Of a DNA stretch of 64,000 nucleotides, positions 47,565-61,548 are shown one piece after another. Each line of letters starts with the position of its first letter. The first letter of the stretch is position 1. Both the position numbers and the translations under genes were made by a program. The stretch is from Podarcis pityusensis (lineage: Eukaryota): assembly GCA_964106645.2 (NCBI GenBank), contig OZ067039.1, one strand, 5' to 3'. The notes under the pieces are model-generated. The model was not told the DNA's origin and searched no databases. It saw nothing but the letters and a program-made list of their open reading frames with translations.

Positions 47565-50500
47565 AACAGGGCCAGATGGGTCTCTGTAACCTTCTCCAAA
47601 ACGGTAGTTGCCAAAGGGCAGAATGGGGTGACTGGTTTCATCCTCAAAATGCCTAGCAAATATGTCACAGTGGTTCAGATGTTACAGACTGATCAAGAGT
47701 TTCCTTAACCTCTAAAAAGCTCTGCTGGGTAGCTTACTGTGGATGAGAGAAAAGTAATTTCCATTTGCCACCATGGTTACCAAATGATAGGCGCAACTAT
47801 GTGCTCTAATATGTTCAATTGGCTTCGTACAAGATTTGTTCCACTTGCACTCTGCCCATCATCCAGCCTGCTTCATTCAACCTGCTGCACCAGAATGAAC
47901 AGCCTTGGAGAGGGTGCTCAGTCATCTTGATGGCCCATTTCCATCTTGCCATTTCTTTCTGAGGCCAGAGCCTTGACCAGAGTGTCACATATGTCAACCA
48001 GAAAATCTCTTGGCACATTCAGGAATCTTTTAAGTTCTCCTAAGTTTCTAGGAGGAGGATGACAGAAATTGGTCCCCTGCCCAGATAGGAGAGGAGTGCT
48101 TACCATCAGTTCAAACATCACCAGGAAATGTTCCATCCAGGACAAATGTGGCAGTGACAACCAAAGGATAGAGGGTACCAGACACAGTGAGTGTGGTCTT
48201 GTCTCCAGCACCCTAGAGATTGCTCACACTCGATTAGGGCAGCTACCATTAGATTCATCCATATGCAATGCCAGAAAAGGAGGCACTCTGCTTCTGAGCA
48301 ATTCAATATCGGCCCAAATATTTTGTATCTGGAGCTCAAAGCAGTCACATGATTATCTGGCCTGGCACATGATAGGAAGCCACATCACTTAAATCTTATC
48401 ACAATGTGTGTCTTCTCATGCTTCTCATTTACACATAGGAAAGAATGAAAAAACAAAACTACAAACCCTCAGCATCTCAGCTTTTTGAATGGACACATTT
48501 TGGTAAATGCTTCACATTTATTTTGCCATAATGAACAACATTTTTTGTATGTCAGTAGATATAGTTTAACTTTTACAAAAAGCTGCTGCAGAGTTGCTGG
48601 TTTATTCCCCTTCCAAATATTTACATATAAAGTATACTTTATTTCTAGCTGCATTTTTTGCTTAGTGTAACATGAAATCCTTTCTAAATGCAAATGATTC
48701 TTTTCTTTTTGTATTGTGCATACCGATAACGTATCAGTTGAGGGTCAATGGGACCCTCCCCCCACAAAATAGGTTTTACTGGAAATTAAAAACAACAACC
48801 AGGAATTGGGAAGATGCTCTGTTATGACTGCTGAGCCTTCTTTCCATGGGCATGCTTGCTGAAAACGTTTTTTTTTTTGCTGGAGTTTCCTCCCTACACC
48901 CCCCCCCCGGTATCTTTATTGAAAGTTAAAAAGTGCCTAAGCTCGGCTTCTGATATTGGAGACATCAATAGTTTCCCCCTTTTTTATTGTTAAATTTGCA
49001 TCCTTCCCTTTCTCCCAGGGTGGAGGGATAGAGCTGTATCTTGTCAGCATACTGATGACACTGCGCTCCAAATTCCTGGATGGCAGCTACCAACAGCTTC
49101 ATAGAGATGTTGAAAAGCTTGGGCTCCACCACTCAGAAGCCATGGGGATGAGCAATTGTCTCTTAGTACTCCTTCCTGGTAGCAACCCTTCACGTCTCAT
49201 TCTCTCTAAAACAAACACACCTGGGATTTCAGTCCACTCTACAAATTCAGAATTAGGAAAGGTTCTGGATCATGTAGAATTGTGTGCTTGTGAAGGATTC
49301 AGACATTGGCACACACAGACACCCGGGTGGCACCATCTTGTTTCCTGTTGATAACCATGATCTGACCACCGAGATGAAGCTGGAGGGTATGGCTCTGTGT
49401 GAGAGGCCAATAAAATTATTAGCATGCTGAGAATTCCCAGAATTCTTTGGTAACGACACCCCCTTTTTTAACACAAGGGTTGCTTTCACCCTTTATCAAC
49501 TCTGTGTGCATCACACGCAACAATAGGCGTGGTCAGAAGTAGGTGTGACCGCCCCAAAATCTCACATATACTTGACACACACGGTGCATGCTCCCCTCTC
49601 CTCAGCTGATCTTTTCAGATCAGTTGAAACGTGGAGCTGCTGGCCACTTCTTCATCAAATAATTCATCTGATGACCAGAAAGGGGAAAACTTCCATCCAC
49701 ATCAGGGCACAGGAGTAGGGGGAGAGGTTTAAACTTCTTCACCTACCCTAGTGTTGAATCCATTCTGCCTGCCCCCCATTTTTCTACTGCTGGGATGGGT
49801 CGGGGGGTGGGGGGAAATAGCTGAGGAGTGGGACTAGTGGTTAGCTCTATACTGTTTTCAGATGACCAAAGTCTATAAGGATTTAAAATAAAATAAAATT
49901 GTGCCCCACTTTTCCCTTCCACAGAAGGGTCACTCAAAGCAACTACAAAAGCAACAAGAGTCCAATTGTTAAAACACAAATCAATAGCACTGAAAAAGTT
50001 GTGTTAGTTTGTGGTTTAATGGAAGGATTATTATTGTGCATTAGGGTGCTGGGCAAAGAATGATGTCATCTCTTTCGTCTTACTGTATCCACCACTGCAG
50101 TAGGAAATTGGATAATGGAAATCAGTTTACACTTTCAGAAATGATGGATCTGCTCAGGATCCATATTTACCGAAAACCTGTTTCTCCCTGTTGTTTCCCC
50201 TTCATGTAAATATTTAAATGGCTGAGGCAGGTTGCTGAACGTGTGTGATTCATGGAGAAAGTAATGAATCCTTCGGGGTATATGTGGGTAGTGTTTACTG
50301 AGGCATGTCTTTATGGGTCTGGAACACCTATGGAAATGCATACAGTTTGCCCCTAGATAAATGACTCAATAGCTTCTTTGACATTAAAGAATCTATTTCA
50401 GAGCAGAGCATCCTGGGAAAGCTTGTAGACTGCTATTTAATACAGAGGCACTAAAAATGGAGAAAATTGGCTATCAGTCATCCTGTTTAAAAATGTAGAG

Positions 50501-50714
50501 AATGGCTACAACCCAGATATAATACCTTGGCCACTCACATTTCTTTCTTCCCACTACTTCTGGTTCAAAATACATATTTAGCCTGAGCAGGAGAACTTGA
50601 TAACGCATATGAGCAGCGATTAAGAACATCAACCCACTGAAATTGGAGGCCAGCATAGTGGTGAAAGATTATTATTATATTATATTAATTATATTATATT
50701 ATATTATTAACACG

Positions 50715-52040
50715 AGGACATAAAAAACAGCCTCTTGGATCAAGCCAGTGGCTCATCTAGTCCAGCATTCTGTTCTCACAGTGGTCAACCACTGTTTAGC
50801 CTGTTTAGCCTGGAGAAGAGGAGGTTAAGGAATGATATGATAGCCATGTTCAAATATATAAAAGGATGTCACATAGAGGAGGGAGAAAGGTTGTTTTCTG
50901 CTGCTCCAGAGAAGCGGACACGGAGCAATGGATCCAAACTACAAGAAAGAAGATTCCACCTAAACATTAGGAAGAACTTCCTGACAGTAAGAGCTGTTCG
51001 ACAGCGGAATTTGCTGCCAAGGAGTGTGGTGGAGTCTCCTTCTTTGGAGGTCTTTAAGCAGAGGCTTGACAACCATATGTCAGGAGTGCTCTGATGGTGT
51101 TTCCTGCTTGGCAGGGGGTTGGACTTGATGGCCCTTGTGGTCTCTTCCAACTCTATGATTCTATGATTCTATGATTCTATGAACCAGATACCTGAAGGGA
51201 ACCCTCAAGCAGGATTCAAGCACAAAAGCACTCTCCCCTTCTGTGGTCTCCAGCAACTGGTATTTGCATTGCTACCTCCAGCTGTGAAGGCAGAGCACAG
51301 CCATCATGGCTAGTAGCTGTTGATAGCCTTCTCCATGAATTTGTTCAGTCATCTTTCAAAGCCATCTAGGTGGGTGGCCATTGCTGCCTCTTGTGTGAGC
51401 AAGTTGCATAGTATCCTGAAGTTGCATCAAGAAGTACTTTCTTTTATCTAGCCTGAATCTTCCAATCTTCAGCTTCACTGGCTATCCATGTTATAGTGCC
51501 ATGGATAATTTTATCCTTTTGGAGGTAAGGTGGCCAGAACTGTACACGGTTTTTCCACATTTAACCGCCCTGTATATTTGTATAATGGCATTATGATACC
51601 AAGTTTATTTCCCATTGCTTTCCTAATGATCCCTAGCATGGAATTTGCCTTTCTCACGGCTTCCGCACACTGAGTCAACATCTTCATCAAGCTATTTACG
51701 ACCACCCCAGAGTCTCTTTCCTGATCACTCACTGCCAGTTCACACCCCATGAGTATATATGCAAAAATTAAGATTTTATTTGCCCCTACATCCATCACTT
51801 TACACTTATTTACATTGAATTGCATTTGCCATTTTACCTCCCATTCACACTCTCTTTATGTTTTAACAACCCTGAAAACTTTAGTATCAGCAAATTTGGC
51901 CACCTCACTGCTCACCCCTAACTCTTGATCAAAAGTATAAGTCACAATACCAATCCTTGCTTGTACCAATCCTACATTGGGAGAGCTATCCATTTATTCC
52001 TACTCTTTGCTTTCTGCAATGTAACCAATTCCTGAACCAC
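50715..52040 (-). mobile_element. Older CR1 LINE fragment interrupted by a younger CR1
   Basis: Minus ORF MQFNVNKCKVM...ERDSGVVV...QCAEAVRKANSMLGII (CR1 RT thumb); its 3'UTR is split at 50791/51182. Confidence 0.8.
50792..51181 (+). mobile_element. Young CR1 LINE 3' fragment
   Basis: LFSLEKRRLRNDMIAMFKYIKG...NFLTVRAVR...VFKQRLD; (ATTCTATG)n tail; AACCA on both flanks. Confidence 0.92.
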
Positions 52041-53321
52041 AGCTGTGCTGTGATTTTTCTGAATACTCAAGAAGCAGAGTCCAGGTTTGCAGAATCTAGT
52101 TTGCTATTTACTAGAAGCTTAACAATGACCCACCAGAGCCTATGCAAAATAATAGCTCTGGGTGTTGCTGATGGATCCAGTTACAAACTATACCCATACA
52201 GAAGGATGACAGATCAGGGATCCAACAAGATCAGGGTAACAATGTTGTTGCTGTTGTTAAATAATTAAGAGTCAGAAACTCTTTCTGATATGCTGCAAAT
52301 CATCAATCAAGTCTACTGGTGGATGGCAATCTCTGTCTTTCCCCCACTCATTCCTGGCCTAAACCATAGATAATGTGGTTCCATCACTGGTAGTTGGAAA
52401 GAAGATAATAACGTTTATAGACATGTCCACTTTTTGAAATATTTCCTACCTGCAGTGGAATCTTTTTGTTACACCAAAATGCTATGGAATATATATTTGC
52501 ATAATGAAGGTGTCTTCATTTATTACTTTGTATAACTCGAAATCTGCTCACACGATCCATGGTTAAGACAGTGTTGTCATATATTGTTACATGTCCCCCA
52601 CTTACCTCAGTATTGACAAGTTTCAGGGGCAGCATTTACCCTGCTTTGATCTCTTTAGCTGGACAGATCACTGGAGATTTACAATGTTTTTATAATGTTT
52701 ATTTACAAAAAGACAATTTGCGCATCGGTGGAGGTAGACAGTGCAGCACTCCTGCTGAGTAGCAGAACCACTGCTTCATCAGATCTCCAGAAAGGCAGAG
52801 AGTCACCCATAGATGCTCTTAACCTTGCAAAGCTCAAAGCTTCTTGCCTCCTTCCATCTCAGTTTTTTGCTAACTGTAGTGTTGTTCTTGTTCTTTTTTG
52901 CAAAAACACTTTCATTCGAGGAGGCTCAGAAAAGGTATGTTGCCTTCCTTTCCTCCTGTTCAGAACATTCAAGCGGTGTTTCCAGAAGCCATTTTTTAAC
53001 AATTAGCTCCCAGAACAACACATTCCATTACCATTAAGGAACACCAGCCAATCATTCTGGCCCGAGCATTATTTTGCCTAAGCATCAAGCTGTGATCCAG
53101 GATTGCTTCAAGTCAAACCCATAGTAATTTTCCGATTCACAGTAATCAGATGACAATCCTATATGCTTCCTCCATCTACCTTAAGATGAAAAAGTCTGCA
53201 TACAATGCTATAAGTTGGACACAGCTTATCAAAGTTTCCTAGACCCCCAAATATATACTTTTAGAAAACCGATATTTAATTTTTATAACCCAGTGTTATG
53301 TTCTGTGTAACTCAGAAGTTT

Positions 53322-53523
53322 GGGGAAGCACCATGGCTCATCGGTAGAGCATCTTTGCATGCAGAATGTGGTTCCAGGTTCAATCCCTGGTATCTCCAGG
53401 TATGACTGGGAGACAATCCTGACTGAAATGCTGGAGAGCTGCTGCCAATCAGTGGAGATGATACTGAGATGGATGGACCAGTGGTCTGACTCAGTAAATA
53501 AAAGGCAGTGTCCAATGTTACTA
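53322..53523 (+). mobile_element. tRNA-derived SINE (Squam3-like)
   Basis: A-box-like TGGCTCATCGG, B-box GGTTCAATCC, body CTGGAGAGCTGCTGCCA...GGACCAGTGGTCTGACTCAG. Confidence 0.75.
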
Positions 53524-53914
53524 AACGTCCAAAATAGAATGCATTATGTGTTCATGTGCTCTATGTTTACAGTATCAACAGACTGGATCAAGTGTAATAC
53601 AGAAGCTTGATCTATAATTCCTAATCATAGTTAATTACCTTGTTGCTTGTAATACTGTGAAGAAATCAGGAAAGGAGTACACTTTCTCATGAATTTACCA
53701 AGTATAGGGGAAGCAAAACTATATTTTCAATAAAAATAAATAAAAGCCATTGGACATTTTTCAATTCTTTTTTGAAATGACATTTGAAAACGAATGGAAA
53801 ATTGCAGGTGTTAACCCTTGTACTCTTTGCTTTTACATTGCTCACATTCCTTATGAATGATTTACTTAAAAGTTGTTTTCCAAGATCGTCACTCCTATCC
53901 AGCTATCCCTTACA

Positions 53915-54048
53915 GCAGGGATAGGGAAGCTGATGCTGTCTGGATGTTGCTGGACTACAGCTCCCATTAACTTTGACTATTGTCCATGCTGGCTGAGCCT
54001 GATGGGAGTTGGAGTTCACCAGGGCACCAGGATTACCTATCCATTCCT
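53915..54048. mobile_element. Old hAT-type MITE
   Basis: CAGGGATAGGGAA...GGACTACAGCTCCCAT...GATGGGAGTTGGAGT...CCTATCCATTCCTG, the same family as 19034. Confidence 0.55.
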
Positions 54049-55314
54049 GAAAATGCCTTAGAAGTCCCATACCTACCACAGACTCACACATTTCACTGAA
54101 GTGGCCGCTCTCAGTCTGAATGCAGATTTACCATAAAGAAGTGAATGGTGATGCTACACAGGCATTCTTTTTCAACACTGCAGCGCATCCTGACTCCTGG
54201 ATAGATATGGGATGCAAAATGGTGGTTATGGTGATTTTCCATATATTCGTGTGAATGGTATGTATATTTCACTGAGGTATGGCTCCCATTCAGGTATGGC
54301 TTTTGAAAAAGTTCTTGAGTGCCCTCTCTTCCCCTTAAAATAACACCATCAAGATCCAGTCAAAATTGGAACATGAAGGTTTTCATCCATAGCATTCTGT
54401 TGTGGGCTAATGCCTCCCGGCTGTCACATTTTGTTTTGATGCTGATTACCTTCATCAGTATAATTTATCAAGTTGTCTGGATAAAAAGGGACGATAAATA
54501 CTTTGGAATCTAATCTTCAAATTAGACAGAAAATATTGCTGCATTGCCTGAAGGTAGCATGCAGGTGTGCCATCTCATCTGTCGGGAAAGAGAATCTAAC
54601 TGAATCACCTGTCTTGACCTGTATGAGTCACCCTATTCTTTTTCTTTCATCCTATAGAAAACTTGTTGTGTGATCCTTGGAGGCCTTTTTGAATCATGCC
54701 ATGTTGAATTTGGCCACATTTTCATTGCAGTCATACTGTGAAGGGATGAATTTAACGTATATCCAACATCTGGCAACCTTCTTACACACAGACTGACTGT
54801 GGAAAGCAAAATTACCCACATACAGTCACTAGTGTGGTTGTAGCCTGTTGCTTTCTCAATTGCTTTTGACCAGTACTCAAGATTGCTGGGAATCCCAAGT
54901 AAAGGAAAACCTCTTGGCAATCTCATTAGTTATGGGCAATAATTAATACTTCCTATCTTTATAAGCTACTGTACAGCGAGCCCTGTGTTCATTTGGAATA
55001 TTTAGAGTGACCATACCCTAAAGTGGTTGCCTGTTTTCCAACCTACCTTTACATTTGCTGTGTATATACAATTTATATTCCAGTCACAAATAGACCCAAT
55101 CTGTGCACTTCACCTTGGCCAAGAATAGTCTTCTGTTCAGCAAGCAGCCAATTCTGGAATCCATTCCTCTGTCACACAAACACAGGGAACGTGCTTTTTC
55201 TTGCGACTTCTTGCCTGTCTCGTCTCTATCTCAGCAAAGACTAGCCACCTTGATATAACCTTGAAAGAGAAGTGGGGTCCCAACTAGAAAATAGCATTTT
55301 TACAGTAAATAAAG

Positions 55315-56501
55315 AAAAGTTAACCAAAATGTTTTATTGATACATTCTTAGACAATATCACAGGTTTGAGAGTATGGAAAGAGGGGAGTTCTGCGGCAAA
55401 GATTGTTCTCACTAAATTGGCACATAAGCAGCAAGATTAACGAAATTACTTATTACAAACAGTATAAAACATACATGCTTTTTTCCCTTAAAAGTCTTTT
55501 TTTTGTTTAAATCACACTGGTCAGTCAATAGTGGGGCATTAACAAAGAAAAAAAAATCTTTTCAAGACATGTAAAAGCCGTTTTCTTTCTTTCAAATACC
55601 ATAAGAATTATTGAAATTATTGCAAAATAGTTATATACCGTAATGAAAAGAACAAAATAGAAACACAAATACAAATATCCAACATAAATTATTAACATGT
55701 ACTGTAAAATACATTACTGGCATGCATTCCAAATATCAAGACGACCTCTATCAAAATTCAGCAATCCGTTCTGCTTTCTCTGTTGCCATCAGAATTATGA
55801 AAGGCAGAGAATGGAGGTGGAGGTGGAAGAAAGGGGCGGGGACAGAGTGAGGGGCTTGCTTGGTCAGCACAGTTTTTGGTCTTAAGTATCTTTTTTCTCC
55901 CTTTTGTTTTAATTAAAAAAATAACATATATGAATTGCAGTGGTACAGTAATAATCATACAAGTCATGTACATAAATTCTTTTAAATCTCAGGGGTTTTG
56001 TCATTTTTGTTTTAGTGTGCTAAAGTTAGAAAGAGCAGGGCTTGCATGATAACTGTGCATTCAAAACCAATGGTGAACCTCTGAAACGACATGAATGGCA
56101 ATATGCAAAAATCCCTCACAAACTGTACAGAAAGTTCAAAAACTTGCAGTTTGGAAGTACATAGAAAGACAAAAATAGCCCCTTAAAAGTCACCATGGCC
56201 AATTGCAGTTCACCCGGGAGAAGATGGTCGGAGCTCATAGGTCATACCTCCCATACAATGAAGAAAAGGTCCAACATCACAGCCCAGTGGCAGTGCCAGT
56301 GACTTATTAAGCCAAGAATAAGTTAAGGATATTTTCATAGAGCAGCTGTTCAGAATACTTGGATCCTCCATAGTAACTGCCTGGCCTTTCAACGTCTCCA
56401 GCAGTGCATACGCTGCGGTTTCAGGAACAGGCCTACACGAGGTTAGGTGACTGAATGGATGAAAATCTCCATCCTCCCATGGCTCCGTCTGATGCAGCTG
56501 A
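55315..56501 (-). other. Putative 3'UTR of a minus-strand host gene
   Basis: TE-free, U-rich on the minus strand, follows the candidate stop at 56502; minus-strand AATAAA at 55333-55338. Confidence 0.45.
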
Positions 56502-56551
56502 CTAGATAACCAGATTGTTATAACTGACATACTTCTTTTTTGCAGCAGGGC
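56502..56551 (-). CDS. Candidate terminal coding exon of an unidentified gene (phase 1: xPAAKKKYVSYNNLVI*)
   Basis: Strong acceptor TCTTCTCTTGCCCTTTTCTTCCACAG|G, a protein-like basic peptide ending in TAG, and UTR-like sequence downstream. The frame choice is inferred and the gene was not recognised. Confidence 0.5.
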
Positions 56552-56817
56552 CTGTGGAAGAAAAGGGCAAGAGAAGACCAATCAGCAATACAAGGACCTG
56601 CTGAATCTTCTGCTATGGTCTGTTGGTAGATACCAACATTTGGGAGTTGGCGTTCTACGGTGAGAGAAGAGAGAAGCAGAGAGGCACAGGCATGCATGCA
56701 GGTACATAAAAATTACCAGCCCATAAACATTATTACTAGTCCATCTTCCTAGGCATACCGATGTAAGTCATTTCTTGCATGTAAACAGCTTGCAAGTCGT
56801 ACCATATTTTCCCTGTT

Positions 56818-56818
<1 letters not shown>

Positions 56819-56852
<34 letters not shown>
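56819..56852. repeat. (GT)n microsatellite
   Basis: Direct. Confidence 0.95.
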
Positions 56853-56854
<2 letters not shown>

Positions 56855-59789
56855 CTCCATATATCCATTGCAAACCAAATCTTGCACACCAGTTTACATG
56901 TGGCTGCACAATGTGCACACACATAAGGTGGATTTTGCCTAACAAGTCCCATCAGCAGAAGCCCTGCACAAGGACTTGCGCAATGGGGCTTTGCCTCCTC
57001 TTCTTCCCCCATGCCCTCCGCCCGGGGTATGTATGTCAGGAGATCCCAAAAAACCAGCATGTGGGGAAGGGAGAGGCCGGGTCATTCTCTCCGGCAAGTT
57101 GAAGTTCTTGCGCTGGCAGAATGCTTGATACCACGTGAGATTGAATCCAACCAAGTCATTTCACAAGTGGAATGACGTCTCCTTCCCACTGTGCCCTCCC
57201 ACCCTCCTCAGATCTGCTTCTAAAGGCTTGGGGAGGCCCCAGAGCCCCTACTGACACAGAAGTAACTGTGGGGCTATTTGGACGCTTGCCGGTAATTTGA
57301 TTTTACAGCTAAACCTGAAATACTTCTGTTTGCGTAGCCACCATTCACATCAGACAAAATCAATTTTCATCTCAAAGTAACAGCCTCAATTATTGTCATC
57401 AGTGGCAAATTGCTAAATGGCAATTGGTTGTATATAAATATATGAAGGGTGAATAGCACGCTTGTGTTTATTATTAACATTACATGTGTTAACCTGTAAG
57501 TATGCTTACAGCTGCACCGTTCAGAAAGAGCAGGGAGTAATTTGATCCACTAGGAACTTCTCCTTAACAACCCCACTGAAATAAATGGTGGCTATGCTTG
57601 TGCCCTGGCATAAGTTTAATTCATTCACAGTGTTTGTGGAGGACCAGCTGCCGGTGGATTGTGCCTGTTGTTATTGGGGAGCGGGGGCGGGGGGGGGGGG
57701 AATCAGCTGTAACTTTCTAAGCATCTGCTGCTGCAAAATGCCATCAATCTAATCAGAGAAGAGAACCTGGTAAACAAGTTCCAGGCAGTAATAATGGCAA
57801 TAGCATTAGATGCCCTCATATATACACACAAAAATGGCCAGAACAGATTGCAAACTGACTTTGGGTTTTGGATCTTTCCAACAGTTATTGATATGAAATG
57901 AAAGGCTTCGTATCAGAATTCTCAGTTCTGCAGCACACAGGGATTGTGTAGTGATGGTACTGAAGAACAATAACCCTAAAATGTTTAAGTGAAAAAGGGC
58001 CACAAAAAAGTTAGGTTATAAAAGTGTTTTCAGAATAAAATAAAGATGTAATTAATAGCAGCAGATGACTTTTTTTTAAAAAAATATTTTTATTAAAGAT
58101 TTTCTTGGTTTACAAAGTACACGCCTTCTGACATTTTATATAGCTTTCAGTTCACAGTTCTAAGAAAGCTTTGCAATCATTAATGAATTCACAATGGAGC
58201 AAACGTCCAACTCGTTCAGAACTTGAGCCTGACCAAGCCTGTTGCAGTCTATCAAATAGGCATTGTTGAATGCTAGGTGTGTGGCAGACTGCTAATTTTG
58301 CCGCCTGCAGAAATAAAATCCACAGTTGGGCAAGCAGTTGGCACAAAATAGTGGGCAAGATTTTGAGTTCTCCAGGATGTGTAAAGCAGGGGACACATTT
58401 TTAAAATGTGACAAATTGGCCTGATGTTGTAGCCATCAGATTTGCATCTAGACTCGGTCTCAAAAGCGGAGCCTTCCTTTGTCTCTGCAGGGTGCTCTTT
58501 AGGGAATTTACCATTTGAGGATCCCATTCACTCCAGCTGATTTGGTTTCAGCTGACTTCAGAAGCAGCTCACCTGATGGCACACAGCCACAATGTTTCTT
58601 TCCTGGCAGCAATGCTACCACTTACTGAGAGAAGGGTTGAGTCAACGCAGGGGGTGGCACAGTGGAGGCACACTGGTCAATCCGGTGCTCTCGCTGGTGT
58701 GTCCACACTGCACTGACTTCCCTGCTGCATCATCCCCTCCTGGTAAGAAGGAACAATACGTACACTGGGAATCTAGAGTTGCCACTGCCCCACTGGGCAA
58801 GCCACTTCTGATGGCCTTTTTTTAAATAAAACTCTTCCTAAAATCAATATTCAGCTTTGCCAATATAAAAACTCTGTGCCTAACAAGAAACACGTGTTTC
58901 AAGCAGATTTCGGTAACTTCATGTTTTTGAAAATCTGGGTTGGCCATTGCTTCTTTGTCCCAGAATTCTAGATGTAACCTGAAACTTGTGGCATCTAAGA
59001 GAGATTATCCTTATCCCTACCTGGGTTGTATTCATCGAAATCCTACTCATTGAAAGTCTTACAAGACACACTGAAATTAACAAGCCTCAGCTAGTCAAGC
59101 CAATTTACTTCAATGGATCTACTCTGAGTAGGAATAGCACTGAACACCACCTCATGTCTCGATGCAGACATTATGGCTGTTCTGGAGAATGTGAAAGCTT
59201 GCTCATTATTTTGTGACATTTTGGTTGGTCCTAATAAAGTGTAAAGGAATGAAGCTTTTCGGTCTTTTGTGTTGTATTCTTTGTTGAAAAAGGATAGCTT
59301 TTAGTTAGAGGCTTTTCTTCACAGGAGGGTTAAAAGCTCAGCCCAAGAAACTGAAACTTAAGGGGGAAGTGACACATTAACACAAAAGCGGGGAAGGAAT
59401 CAAAGAAATTACAGGAAAGAGAACTTAATTCTCACACAAAATTCCACTGCCCTTCTGATTGGCCAAGAGACTGGGAGGAGAAGTGGAAATACAAAGTACA
59501 TGAACTAAAACTAGCCAAAATAATTAATTAGTGTTGGGCTTGGAACACCATTGGACAAAGAGTGAAAAGCTAAAATGGGGTGGGTGAGGGTGGGCAGGGT
59601 GGAAGGCGCTGCAGTGCCTAGAATCTGAGGAATGGAAACTGTTTTAATGTTTAGGTTGGGAAACAGACCACACAAGCTTTAACTAGATGCATTTTTTTGG
59701 TGTTGTTTGAGTATTCCTGATCAAAAATAAAACAAAATTGTTTAAGTTGCTGCTTTACAAACATTGACTAAAAGCTAAACTTGTTTTTA

Positions 59790-60467
59790 AAAACGAAGAT
59801 CATGGCCACTGGTCCCATCACCTCCTGGCAAATAGAAGGGGAAGAAATGGAGGCAGTGAGAGATTTTACTTTCTTGGGCTCCATGATCACTGCAGATGGT
59901 GACAGCAGTCACGAAATTAAAAGACGCCTGCTTCTTGGGAGAAAAGCAATGGCAAACCTAGACAGCATCCTAAAAAACAGAGACATCACCTTGCCAACAA
60001 AGGTCCGTATAATTAAAGCTATGGTTTTCCCAGTAATGATGTATGGAAGTGAGAGCTGGACCATAAAGAAGGCTGATTGCCGAAGAATTTATGCTTTTGA
60101 ATTATGGTTCTTGGAGGAGACTGTTGAGCGTCCCATGGACTGCAAGAAAATCAAACCTATCCATTCTGAAGGAAATCAGCCCTGAGTGCTCACTGTAAGG
60201 ACAGATCGTGAAGCTGAGGCTCCAATACTTTGGCCACCTCATGAGAAGAGAAGACTCCCTGGAAAAGTCCCTGATGTTGGGAAAGATGGAGGGCACAAGG
60301 AGAAGGGGACGACAGAGGACGAGATGGCTGGATAGTGTTCTCGAAGCTATGAACATGAGTTTGACCAAACTGAGGGAAGCAGTGGAAGACAGGAGTGCCT
60401 GGCGTGCTCTGGTCCATGGGGTCATGAAGAGTCGGACACGACTAAACAATTAAATAACAACAACAAC
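59790..60467 (+). mobile_element. BovB LINE, 5'-truncated
   Basis: KTKIMATGPITSWQIEGEEMEAV...; (CAA)n tail; 13-bp TSD AAACTTGTTTTTA at 59777-59789 and 60468-60480. Confidence 0.95.
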
Positions 60468-60735
60468 AAACTTGTTTTTATTTAACGTAAGATTGGTCAT
60501 GCTGGATGAGCCCAGTGGCCCACTTTGTCCTAAGCATCCTGTTCTCACAATGGCAAACCAAATGTTCATGGGAAGCCAGCAAGAAGCACCTGAGTGTAAT
60601 AGCCCTCTCCCCCCACTGTGGTTTTCTACAGCTGGTATTCAGAAACATACAGCCTCTTGCTTTTGGGGGATATAAATCCACAGCTTCATTGTGTCTTTAT
60701 TTCCCCTCAATGCCCCCCCCCCCCGAGCTGTGCTG

Positions 60736-61190
60736 AATAATAATAATAATAACATTTTATTTATATCCCACCCTCCCCAGCTGAAGCCGGGCTCAGAGCG
60801 GCTAACAACAATAAAAGTAACACAGCATTCTAAAATCAATTCATTCTAAAATTATTTAGAATCAAATTAATGGCAACCATTGAGCTAGAGTTCTATGAGG
60901 ATTGCCAAAGGAGGGGGTCAGACTGTGCCCTGCCCAAAGGCCTGATGGAACAGCTCTGTCTTGCAAGCCCTGCGGAAAGATGTCAAGTCCCACAGGGCCC
61001 TAGTCTCTTGTGACAGAGCGTTCCACCAGATCGGGGCCACAGCCGAAAAAGCCCTGGCTCTGGTTGAGGCCAGCCTAACCTCTCTATGGCCTGGGACCTC
61101 CAAGATGTTTTTGTTTGAAGACTGTATGGTCCTCCGTGGGACATACCAGGAGAGGCGGTCCCGTAGGTACGAATGCCCTAGGCAATAGAG
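60736..61190 (-). mobile_element. L2 3' fragment with (TTA)n tail
   Basis: Minus peptide EVRLASTRARAFSAVAPIWWNAL...SFRRACKTELFHQAF; AAT repeats at 60736-60752. Confidence 0.85.
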
Positions 61191-61366
61191 TGCAGACTCC
61201 CCAAGCAGCTAGAGAGAGACCAGGGTGAGAAGCAGACTCTGTTTGGCAGCAGCCTATAATAATTCCGGGGGGAGGGGGAGGCGCAGGTAACTCTTATAGA
61301 AAAAAATGCAGTTTTCCAGCATGTTCCCCCATCTGTCTCAATAACTAACAACATAAAAAGGTTTTA

Positions 61367-61548
61367 CCGTATTTTTCCATGTATAAGATGCCCCCATGTA
61401 TAGGACGCCCCCTACTTTTGGAGACCCTGAAATTAGAAAATGGGCATATGCACTATCCGTGTATAAGATGCCCCCAGATTTTTGACCTTATTTTAAAGTA
61501 AAACAAAAAAAAAAACAAAAAACCAGTCTTATATACAGAAAAGTACAG
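61367..61548. mobile_element. Tc2/pogo-like MITE
   Basis: CCGTATTTTTCCATGTATAAGA / TCTTATATACAGAAAAGTACAG, TA flanks. Confidence 0.7.

Noticed and set aside
53322-53400. tRNA gene
   Set aside because: A/B-box-like motifs are present but the cloverleaf is degenerate and it continues into a SINE body.
56210-56581. 123-aa minus-strand ORF as the terminal exon product
   Set aside because: It starts in the polypyrimidine tract and the peptide looks UTR-like; the short phase-1 frame is more protein-like, though this is not proven.
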